The notes under the pieces were generated by a model, which was not told the origin of the DNA, did not search any database, and saw only the letters and a program-made list of their open reading frames with translations. Of a DNA stretch of 29,617 bases, positions 1 to 11,000 are shown piece after piece. The DNA lies in IMG/VR virus record IMGVR_UViG_3300025635_000121, positions 1 through 29,617 of that record, one strand, 5' to 3'. This DNA is from a virus (taxonomy: Duplodnaviria > Caudoviricetes). A program made the position numbers and the translations under genes. Position 1 is the first letter of the stretch; every line of letters starts with the position of its first letter.

Positions 1-4
1 CCGC

Positions 5-1159
5 ATGGAGGGTGAGACGGATGACATGTATCAGTTCCGCGTCGGGAAGCAGAACCAGACGGAGTTCAAGAACGTCATCGCTCCGCTCACCCCCGGCGCG
101 ACGACCGGTGGGAGCACTGCTGGCAAGTCACCAACGGGCGACACTCCTCCCAAGTTCGACGTGTTAATGAACGTGAAAGACCCGCTCATTGACACTGCCG
201 CCCAGAGCGCCTTGAAAGGAGCGCAGCAGACGGGCGAGCAAACGCAGAGCCTCTTCTCGAAGTATCTCGCCGAGATGACTGGCCGGGAACGCTCCGCCAA
301 GAATCGCCTCGACACCGAGCTAAAGACCTACGACACGGCGGCGACGAACCTTGAGAAGTCGCTGGCAGAGAACCTCAAGCAGCAGGAGGCGGGACTGGCC
401 AAGGCACGGGAGGTCAACCTGCAAGCTCTTCGTGGGGCTGACGAACGCTACTCCCTCGGAATGGGTCCGCTTGGGACGGGCCGTAGCGGCGAGCAGGAAC
501 GGACTTTTGCTGATTCCTACTACCGGGCTGTCCTCCCCTACGAGCAGCAGATGGCCGCACTTGGCCGGGAGAACATCGGGGCGGTCAACGCGGCACGTTT
601 GCAGACGGCTCCTTTGGCAAGGTCGGCTGAACAACAGTATCTCGCATCGCTTATCACCCCAGCACAGGCTGCCAGCGCACTCCGCAGCGATGAACTCCGC
701 AACCTTAGTGCCGCCAGCTCGTTGCTGGCGAGCAATCGCTTCTACACGCCTTACTCGGATGACCCTCGGTTGATTCCTAATTTGGGTGTCCCGCAGGCGT
801 CTTACCGGATGCCAGAGATTCCGAACTACTCCGCCTACCCGACTCCACAGGCGCGTTACCTTCCGCAATCTGAGAGTGTTCGCGCTCCTCGCAGCCGCGC
901 CAGCGGGACCGCTCCACGGAGTCAGGCTGAGATTGACTACCGGAATGACACTGGCTACTGGCCGCAGGAAGACCCGAACTTCAACACCATGCTCTACGAG
1001 AGCTACGGTGGCCGGATTGGTGCGCAAGGCGATTCGTTTGCTGACCGCCGCGCCCGCGAAGTGGCGATGGCACGTGGACGGGCGGACATCGCCCGCGAGC
1101 AATGGATGGCCCCACCTCCCGCCTACGACCCTGAACTGGAACGCGGTTACTACGAGTAA
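5..1159 (+). CDS. putative internal virion/ejection protein (possibly 5'-truncated by the window edge)
   Basis: 384-aa ORF, rich in Ala/Gln with a helical coiled-coil-like middle and no Cys. The frame is open to the window start. It is first of three coupled + strand genes ending in the giant protein, a layout typical of podovirus core/ejection genes. Confidence 0.6.
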   Translation: MEGETDDMYQFRVGKQNQTEFKNVIAPLTPGATTGGSTAGKSPTGDTPPKFDVLMNVKDPLIDTAAQSALKGAQQTGEQTQSLFSKYLAEMTGRERSAKNRLDTELKTYDTAATNLEKSLAENLKQQEAGLAKAREVNLQALRGADERYSLGMGPLGTGRSGEQERTFADSYYRAVLPYEQQMAALGRENIGAVNAARLQTAPLARSAEQQYLASLITPAQAASALRSDELRNLSAASSLLASNRFYTPYSDDPRLIPNLGVPQASYRMPEIPNYSAYPTPQARYLPQSESVRAPRSRASGTAPRSQAEIDYRNDTGYWPQEDPNFNTMLYESYGGRIGAQGDSFADRRAREVAMARGRADIAREQWMAPPPAYDPELERGYYE

Positions 1160-1164
1160 AGCCT

Positions 1165-2076
1165 ATGTTCGTCTTTGGAGAAACCCCCGCACAGGCAGCC
1201 CGTATGGGCTACGACATCGCGCAGCAGAACCGGCAGGCACTCACCCGCGCCAACGAGCTTGGTGCCGACTACGCTTTTCGCACGAACCAGCTTGAGAACG
1301 CTGCCGCGCAGAATATGGCGGCGTTGTCCCGCGCACAGCAGCAAGAGCAGAACCAGCTTGCGCGGGAAGCGTTCATGTTCGGCGAGCAGCAGAAGCAGAT
1401 GGCTCGAAGGGATGCGATGGCGAAGCTGGAATTCGACACCAAGCGCAAGGATGTGGAGCGTGAGTTCGCCTTTGCTGAGAAGCAGTTCAAGGCGGACGAG
1501 ATGGAGGCTTCCAACGAGGCTGAGAACACTGGGATCACCCTTGCAGAAGCTCTTGCCCGACTCAACCCCGCAGCGGCAGAGGCGCGAAGGGCGCGTGATG
1601 AAGCGGCAGCGGCGGAGGCGGCTATCATCAACAATGCCCGCAGGATTGGCTACGGCTATGACGAGGCCAAGAGGAGAATCATCGGCAATGGCCAATACCG
1701 CACTGCTGATGACTACAACCGCGAGTTGGGCGAGGCGCGGATGAACCTGAAAGCGGCTAAAGAGGCACTCATGCCGATTGAGAGCGAGCTTGCGATTGCT
1801 GAACGGCAGGCACGGCAGTTCAAGTTTGCCATCTCGCCAGAAGCTATCACCGACATCACCCGCAGGAAGTCCTACAAGATTGGTGCTCCTGTGGCTATGC
1901 CGCCTCCTACTCAAACTGCCGCACCTCGGGTCATGCCGGAGATTCCGGGTCCGCTTGATGATCGGGGAATGCTGTCAGCGGCAGCTCGCTACATTCCCGG
2001 TCGGGTGTATGGCGGGAAGCGATATTTGGGTGGACCTCCTACGGATCGGACTAGCTGGCAAACCGTTTCAAACTAA
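1165..2076 (+). CDS. putative internal virion/ejection protein
   Basis: 303 aa, A/E/Q/R-rich and helical, no Cys. Ends in the motif GRVYGGKRYLGGPPTDRTSWQTV. TAATG overlap with the giant ORF. Confidence 0.65.
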   Translation: MFVFGETPAQAARMGYDIAQQNRQALTRANELGADYAFRTNQLENAAAQNMAALSRAQQQEQNQLAREAFMFGEQQKQMARRDAMAKLEFDTKRKDVEREFAFAEKQFKADEMEASNEAENTGITLAEALARLNPAAAEARRARDEAAAAEAAIINNARRIGYGYDEAKRRIIGNGQYRTADDYNRELGEARMNLKAAKEALMPIESELAIAERQARQFKFAISPEAITDITRRKSYKIGAPVAMPPPTQTAAPRVMPEIPGPLDDRGMLSAAARYIPGRVYGGKRYLGGPPTDRTSWQTVSN

Positions 2077-5000
2077 TGGCCTTTGAATTCACACCCCCTC
2101 CAGTTGACTCACTGGAGCCTGAAGCATTTACTCCACCCCCGCTGGATTCACTGGAACCGATGACTGAGCGGGATAGTCGTTGGCTCAAGCTGAATGCCGA
2201 GCGAGAATCTGCCAAAGTCGAGCAGGACATTACAGATGACAGCTCTGCCTTACGCCGAGTGGTGGCCGATCCAGCTATCGCGCTGGCCAAGGGTGTGATC
2301 AGTGTTCCTGAAGCAGCAGTTGGTCTTGCGGACATTGTGAGCAAGGGCCGTGCTGGTAAAGCTGTTGAAGACGCTGGCTTCAAGTTTCGTGAAGCGAAGG
2401 ACATCCTCTCCTCCTACCAGACAGGGGAGCAGCAGATGGCACAGGGTCGAGTAGCGCAAGCTAAGGGATTTATCCCGACGGTTCAAGCCTTGGTGGAAAA
2501 CCCGACGGTTGCTGCTGAATCCATGATTGAGTCGCTTCCGTTGATGTTTGGTGGTGGCGCACTTTCACAGGCAGCCCTGAATGGCGTAAAAAAGCTCGGG
2601 CCTAAGTTTGCAGCGTGGGCAGCCGGTGCGTCCGCCCCGGTTGTGGCTGGTGCTGTTGGCGAAGGTGTTGTTGGCGCAGGCTCCGCTGCGGAGAACATCC
2701 GCCAGCAATCTCCCGACAGGTTGCTGAATTGGGAGCAGGCCGGATACGCTGCCGCAAGCGGTGTCGGAACCGCTGCGCTTGGCGTTCTTGGCGGAAAAGT
2801 TGCCCAGAAACTCGGACTGGAAGACATCCAGACTGCGCTCGCCAGAGGTGGCACCCAAGCAGCGCAGAAGGCGGCTCTTCCGAAGTTCAAAGCCATCGTC
2901 GCCGGAGCCTTGCAAGAAGGCGCGTTGGAAGAGCTTCCACAGTCTGCGCAGGAGCAGATGTTCAGCAACCTCGCTCTCGGCAAGCCATGGAATGAAGGTC
3001 TTGCAGAGGCAGCCGCTCAAGGGTTTGTTGCTGGTGCTGCTATGGGTGGCTTTGCGCAGCTCGTCTCGGGACGTGGCCAGCCAGCAGCAACTCCTCCTCC
3101 GCTGCCTGCCCCAGCTCCAGCCGCGCCGGTCGCACCCACTCCCGCTCCGGCACCGCAGGTAGCCGCTCCTCAAGCGAGCCAGCGGGTGAGCGTTCCTATT
3201 GAACCTCCCCCGATGCCCAAGGTGAGCGGGTTGATGTTGAACCAGCCACTCTCAACGTGGAGCACCTCGCCGTCGTCTCCGAACATCCTCGCTCAATCGC
3301 CTGACTCTTTTGGCATTGGCAACAAGGTGGTGAAGCTGTCCCAAGCTGGCGGCGGTTTCGGCAAGGTCGGCACTGTCACGGCGATGACTGGTCCGAAGGT
3401 GGACGGGAACCCCAACGCGACTGTCACGGTCAAGTTCGATGACGGGACCACCACTGTCAGCGGTTTCAAGGAGTTCGGATTCCTTGAGAACGTCCAGCAG
3501 GCAAAGGCCATGTCGGAAGCTGCTCGCGGCAAGCCTTTCGAGTTTCCGCTTCCCCCTCCGACTCCAAAGGTTGCTCTACCAGAACCACCGGCCAAGGTGG
3601 ATTCCAAGCGCACCGTTCCGCTGGATGCTGCTGAACAGCTTCAACAGCGCATCAATGCGGCAAGAGCTGCTGGAGATGTGGCCACCGCTCGCAGGCTGGC
3701 TGCTGAGCTGGACCTGCTTGGCACTCCTCCGGCAGTCACCCCCAGGCCCCGCCGCACAGCCATCACCCCGGCAGCGCAGGCCGCAGCACCGAAGCGGACG
3801 GCGGCACTACCAGAAGCCCCCTCCCTCCCGGAACCCCTAGAAGGTCAACCCTACGACACGCGCCTCGCCACCCGCCCTGAAGCGACCATGCCAGCGCGTC
3901 CCGTGGGAGAGCTTGGCATCGAGCGTGGCAGGGTGTCGCCCGTGGACCCCGACTTGGCGGCTGCTGTGGAGGACATCCGTGGGGGTTACGCGGAGAGGAC
4001 TGCTAGGGAGTTGGAGCGGGAGGTGGCGAAGGCTGCGCTGTATCCTTGGCAAATGAATCGGGCAGACTTTGTGGAGGAGGTCAACGCAGGTGGACCGTAT
4101 AGAATCGCGGCTCGGAAAGGCTCAAGGAGCGACAAGGTGATGCGGGAAGCTGCCGCCATAAACCACAAGCAGGCAGTCATTGATGCGCTGGAAGCTGGCA
4201 AGCCCGTCCCTCCCGTAGTCCTCGCGGACTATCCCGAGCTGACGCAGAAGGGGGAGGCTGCTCCGGCTGCGGTGAAGCAACCCTGGCAGATGACGCGGGC
4301 GGAGACGATTGCCACCGCAAAATCGAACCGCTCTGACAGCAGTGGAGACGAGCCTGTGCTTGTCGTTGACAAGACCACTGGCAGTCCGGTCACGGAAGTT
4401 AAGCGAAGCCAAGTCGCCAAACTGAACACGAAGAAATACGAGGCTAGGGAACTTGGCGGTGAGCCGCTTCGGAAAGTTGATGCAGGTATAGACGATGGAT
4501 GGATTGGCAACGTATTGCAGCGGCATAAACAAAATGTCGAAGCCGCCCTCCGCGAAGGCAAGCCCGTCCCTCCCGCAGTCCTCGCGGACTATCCCGAGCT
4601 GAAGCAGAAGGGGGAGGCTGCTCCGGGAATGGCTAGACGGCAGGAGGCTCCTGCTTCCAGCCTTACTCCAGCCGAGCGAGCTACTCCGGCTGGCCAGAAG
4701 AAGATGGCGTCGGAAGCTGCGTCAGTAGCGACTGTCAGCATCCTCAATAAGAGGGTCCGCGAGAAGTCGCCGGGAGACGCTTGGGACGACAAGCAGATAC
4801 AAGCTGCTACCGGGAATCAATCCTTACTGAACTCCATTCGGGACGACCTCCTGCCTATCTACAACCGGCTTTACAAGAAGTCTGAGCCGACATCGGCTCC
4901 TCTAGTAGAAGTCCCCGACAAAGACCTCATTGCCAAGACTCCACCGGCGCAGCGCGTGGACATTGACAATGGAACCCGAGTGCAGGAGTTCCGAGTCAGG

Positions 5001-8000
5001 AAAACCACTAGCGCGGAGATGGGTGAGCAATGGTCAAACTATTACACGACTCCTTGGGTGGTGGAGCGCAGGACCGTCAGACGCAACCTTGATACAGGTG
5101 AAGTGGATAACGGCGAGTGGTCGCCCTTCGCTCGTGGTGAAACCCGCCAGAAAGCCATTGAGGATGGGCTTGGTGACACCACCTTCATGCAAGCTGAGAG
5201 CGTGGACAACACCCACAAGAAGGTCGTAGCGAAGGAAATGTTTGCGCAGCAGTGGCGGGTGGATAAGAAGAAGCGACTCGATGAGGCCGGTCGAGATGTA
5301 AGGCAGGCGGAAAACGCTCTGATTGCCGTCAAGGAGGATGCCAACAAGGCTTACAAGACAGCCCTCAAGCGAGCGAAGCTCTTCGAGGCTGCTGGCAAGA
5401 ACGAAGCTGATCCGGTCAAGATCAAGGCCATCCAAGAGAAGCTCCAGAAGGAGTGGTTTCCAAAGCGAGATGCCGCCGAAGCTGCTCTCAAGAAAGCCAA
5501 CGAGAACACGAAAGCCATCGAATCAGAAACCCAACCTCCCTATGCCCCTCAAGAGCAAGCGTCAGTGGAAGTTCTTCGCAATCAACCACCCGGAACTCCT
5601 GCACAAGTGGCAGAAGGAAAGCCCGGTGAAGTATCGCAGGCTGCCGGACAAGGTGAAGCGCAAGCGCAGCAGGGTAGGGTGACTACGCCCGCTAAAGGCG
5701 CGTCAAGAAAGCGAGTAAAGCAGGAAAAGCCAACAGCAGCAGAGCGAACATCTGTGGACCCAAAGACGGACGAGTTGCTTGGCTCAAACGAGCGAGGTGA
5801 GCCGATCTATTGGAGCGACAATGCGAAGACACACTACGCAATTTCGGACGGAAGGATTCGCACCGCGCCGTGGACAGCAGGGCTTCCAGAGAGTGCTCTC
5901 AAACGACTCGAAGAGCTAATTCAAGGGCGCGACCCACAACTCTCCCTCGGGCAAATCCCCTCCGCCCGCCCCGCCCAGTCGCTCTCCAAGATGCAGGTGG
6001 AGCAGGCGGTGCGAGAGCTATTCCCTGATAGGAGCACCCCGCCGAACTTTCAGGTCACGCACAACTACGGGAAGGTCTTCAATGGCCGCGAGGTGCGTGG
6101 CTGGTATGACCCCGCTACCGGGACGATCTGGCTGAACGCCGCTTACCTGCGCTCTCCTCAAGAAGCTCGGGCGGTGTTCGTGGAGGAAGCCTTCCATGCG
6201 ATCCAGAACGACAAGTCCGTTCAGAAAGAGCTTTCAAGGTTGGTCGCCTCGCTCACCCCAGAGCAGCTTGCTGAAGCGAGGTCGGCTTACGGGAACATCT
6301 CCGAGGAACAGCTCCGCATGGAGGCCGTGGCGGATATTCTGGAGAAGCAGCAGTTGACGCAGGAACAGCGCGGGATGATCGCCCGACTGTGGGATGCCGT
6401 GCTGGGTGCTATTCAGAGGCTCTACGGAAAGTTCACCGGGAAGGTCTTCACGGAGAGGGATGCGCAGGATGTGCTGGCGAAGGCTCTGAAAGCGGCGGCT
6501 GCTGGGCGACGCACCAATGTTGGAGGGCAGACTATCTTTGCGTCGAATGCTGTCGTGGTGCCACCTAACAAGCGCGATGAGGCGTTCTCACTCACTGCCC
6601 ATCATGGAACGCCGCATCAGGTAGATAAGTTCACCACCGGCAAGATCGGCACCGGTGAAGGAGCGCAGGTGTATGGCTGGGGGCTTTACTTTGCGGAAAA
6701 CGAGCAGGTGGCGAAGGAGTATCAGAAAAGACTTAGTGGAAAGTGGACTGTTTCACGGGTTCAGAACCCGCGAACAGGAAGGTGGTCTTGGGTGGCGTCA
6801 GAAGGTGGATTGCGTGGGGCAATCCATGAATTTACCACTGAGGAAGAGGCGCGTAGGTTTGCTTTTGGAGGCGGTTCTACCTACACCGTCACCTTGAACG
6901 TGGAGCCGGATGAGCTGCTGGACTGGGACAAGCCGTTGAGCCAGCAGAGTGAGAAGGTGCGGAAGGCGATAGTCGCCGCTGGAGCCGCGCCGGAGTTGAT
7001 GGCGACCATGGAAGGTGCGCAAATTTACCGGGAGCTGATGGGTGGAATGTTCGCCTCCGACTTCGACTATTTGAAGGGCGAGGCCAGAAAGCGCACGGAG
7101 CGGCTGGTGTCCCTCGGCATCAAAGGTATCCGGTATCGTGACCAAGGCACACGGTTCGCAGTGCCGCAGAAGAACTACCACATCATTCCGGCGAAGCAGG
7201 GAACCAGCTTCATTGTCAACCGTGGAGTCAATGGCCAAAGGCTTGGAGAGTTTCCGTCTTACGAACAAGCCGAAGCGTGGGTGCTCGCACAGCCTGACTC
7301 AAACCAGCCCACCTACAACTACGTCATCTTCAATGAATACGACATCAAGATTACCCACGCCAACGGCCAGCCGGTGACAGTTAAAGAAGCGCAGGCTGAA
7401 CAAGCCCTATCAGTCGGCCCCCTCCAGAACCAACTCGACCAGCAATACCTCGCAGCGGTCCAGCGCGGCGACATGCAGGAGGTGCAAAGGCTGGTGGATG
7501 AAGCTGCGAGGGCTGGTGGATGGAATACTAAGGCATACAAGTCAATGCCTGATTCCGACTGGAGAAACGGGGAGCCAATCAATGTAATTGATTCCACTAA
7601 CGGGCCGTGGGCTGGCTTCTTTACGGATTCCAAAGCTGTGGCTGAAAGGTTTTCCAGAATAATGCGGCATCCAGTGCGCACCGCCTTCCTTAACTTGGGA
7701 AGGGTGTTTGAAATTGATGCAACTGGAAAGGCTGCTGGTGAGCTTCAATTCGACATCCGTGACGATAGCGGGCCTTACAGGCAAAAGAACAACAAGGTCG
7801 CCCTTGATGCTATCAATTCCGGGGACTATGACACAGTGGTTCTCAGGAATACAGTTGACGAAGGGACCGTATTTGTCCCAATCAGCTCGAACCAAATAAA
7901 GTCCGCCGACCCCATCACCTATGACGACGCCGGAAACGTCATCCCCCTCTCACAAAGATTCCAGCAGGAGTCGCCGGACATCCGGTATTCGCTGGGTGGG

Positions 8001-11000
8001 CCAGTCAAAGGAATAGCCAATGAAAACGCAGCGTGGGAAACTAACCCGGCAAGAGTGGCGGAAAATCTGCGAGGAAGCCCGCAAGTTTTACGGACCTCAG
8101 ATGAGCAAATTAACGAGGTTCTCACTCGTGCCAATGAGCTTGGTGTGGCCCGTGAAAACACACGAGCAGAACAGGCCAAGCGAGAAAACCAACTGGATGC
8201 CGATGTTCTCGGATTACGTTCTGGCTCCAAACCGTCGGCTGAACCGTCTTTTTCGCCGGTTCGGGTATTCCTTTCGACAGATACAGTCAATGCGGCAGCC
8301 GGGAGAAACGCTGCGATTCTGGCCAATAGACTCCTTCAGCGAGAAGCGGGCAGTCAGGACAATGCACCACAGGATATTCTTGGGGGCGATTTCATATCAA
8401 CCCTTGCTGGGAAGTCCAAGCTGGTCTTTACGATTCAACCAAGGGGGAACTCGGCACAAGCAGAGACATACTACGTCCCCGGCGTTGGCCCGGTAGTGGT
8501 TATCAACTCAGATGCGATTGCCGGATACGACTTCTCCAACCCTTCCGCTAGGGCAGCCGTGGATGGTTTTCTTGCTGAGGAAATCATCCACTCAGCCGCG
8601 CTTCAGGTCGCCACCGATTCCGATGTTGAAGCGGTCTGGGCATCACTTTCCGACAAGGAGAAGAAGGCCACCGAACGCAGCTACAACCGGCGCAAGAACC
8701 TTAAGAATCTTACCCCCATCACGCTTGGCCACGAATACCTCCGCATGGTCATTCAGGAGCGGATGTTCGGGAAGACCACCGAGCAGGTGGAGCTTCGCAT
8801 TACAGAGCCGGTAAAGAAGTTTCTCCGCAAGCTGCTGAACTTCATCAAGGAGGCTTTCGGGAAGAAGCCTGAGAATGACATCGCTCGGCAGCTTGTCTCC
8901 CGCATTGAATCCGCGCTGAACGGCGAGCTTCCGAGGCAGTCGTCCATCATCCCTTCAGGAACCTCGCTGGCCACCAACATCTCGCAATCCGACGCCACCG
9001 AAGTCCAAGGCCGCGCCATTGAGCCTTCCCTCGTGGCTGCTGCTTCACGAGCCGTGGCAGACCTCGGCAGAAAGCAAGTTGAGGAGTTCGAGCAGGCGGG
9101 CAGGCAGCTTGAAGGACTGGCCTACGAGAGCAAATCGTTCAGGGATGCACGCTCTGAGCTGAACAATCTGGTGAGCCTCCATGAAGGTAGGCTCCGGCAG
9201 CTTCCACAAGACCGCGTGACGGATGACATGCGGGCGAACATCCGCGATGGCGTCTCCATCGAGAACGGCCAAATCGTTGTTGGTGATGAGCTGGTCACGA
9301 AGCTCGCTCAGATGGGAGTCCAGTTCCGGCCTGAGCTGGTGAAGGCCATGCAAGCGGAAGTCTATTTCGAGCAGCAGGCGCGGAGGCTCGTGGACAACCT
9401 CGGCAAGCTGGCCACCCTGAAAGAGCTTCTGGACTACTACACCCGCATCAAGGCTCCGGCAGATGAAATCCTGAAGCTGGACAAGCTGATTGCCGCTAAG
9501 GAGAAAGTGGTGGCAAGCCTCACGCCAGCTACCACCGACCGTGGCCGTGGACAGCAATCCATCGGAGAACGTGCTGGTGAGATTGTCCTTGCGACCGCTT
9601 CCAAGGTGGAGCTTCAGTCGAAGCGTGATGCGCTCACCTTGGAGCCAGTGCAGGAGTTCTTCGGCAAAGGCATCACCGAACTGCGCGACCTGTCGGAGAA
9701 AGCTAAAGCTGCGGCTGACCTGACTCGTGCCATGATGGATTCCTCCACGTCCATCTCCGAGGTGGCACGCCTTGGGGAGATTTACGACAAGTGGGCTTCG
9801 TTCGATGCGACCGTGAAGGATGCGTTGAAGAAGGGCACGCTCACGGATGAGCAGCGGACTTCCGTTCTCACCAGCTTGCAGCGGTCCTTTGATGAGTTCG
9901 ATGTTGCGAAGTCGCAGATGGACGACCTCTTGAACTCCGAGGAGAAGGGGTTGCTCAAGGACATCCGGCTGGCGGAAGCTGACATCGCTGATGCCAAGGT
10001 GACGGAAGGCATGTCGGAGATTCTTGTCAAAGACGCCCTTAAAGCCGCCAAGGGGGAGATGGGGTTGACTGGCACTGTTGGGGATGCTTCGCGAATTGAA
10101 AACGTCGAGAAGCTCACCGACGCCATCACCACGCTGGCAATGAACCTGGGGCGAACGCTCGACCAGAACCGCTGGCTATACGACTTCCTGATGGCTCCCG
10201 GTGCCATGCCTGCCTTTGGGGCGAACATTCAGCAATCCCTCTTCGTTACCGACACAGCCCTGAGAGAGATTCTGAAGGTGGTCCAGCAGTCACCATCCCT
10301 TGCGAGTGCCATCGTGACGCTCACCGATGATGCTGCGGCGAAGCTGGCGAACAGTCCGCCGAACCAGATGCAGTCCATTGCTACGCTGGCTACCAGCGGG
10401 AACCCGGTGGGGATGGCTTTGGCAGCGAACCTCACCAGCCAGATTGTCCAGCAAGCCAACGCGCAGGGCACCAAGGCGAACGCTGCTAGGCAGACCGCAG
10501 CACGGCAGCTTGCCCAGAGTGTCCTTCGACTGCGCACCTTGCAGCAGGGTCAGGCGTTGTTCAACCAGACCGCCAACTCTCCGGCCTTCCAGCAGTTGCG
10601 GAGCGCGGTGGCTGCGGGTGCTTCTGAAGCGCAGAAGATGGTGGTGCTCGGACCGACGGGTCCAGTGCTGCGGGGCTTCAAGTCTGCCGCAAAGGAGTAT
10701 CAGCCGGAGCTGAAGATCAACGTCGAGTCAGATGCGCTGGAGCTACAGAAGACTCGGGACAAGGTGTGGAAATACCTCCAGAACGCCGAGCAGTATGTCG
10801 CCGACTACGAAGCGGCTGCGGCTCTCCATGCAGCGAATCCAGCGAATCCTTCACCCTCACAGCTTGGCTTCGATGTCGCCGACTACAATGGTCTGAAGCA
10901 CGCCATTGAGAACGACATCTGGCCGATGTTCCTGAACATGGGCGACATGGACGATGCTGCCAGAGCGGGGCAATACCTGACTCCTGTGGCGGTGCGGAAG

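Noticed and set aside
4197-4626. 70-bp repeat pair as a diversity-generating retroelement TR/VR
   Set aside because: There are only two mismatches (T/C and C/A), which do not fit adenine-specific mutagenesis from one template. Both copies are coding and no reverse transcriptase is in the window.
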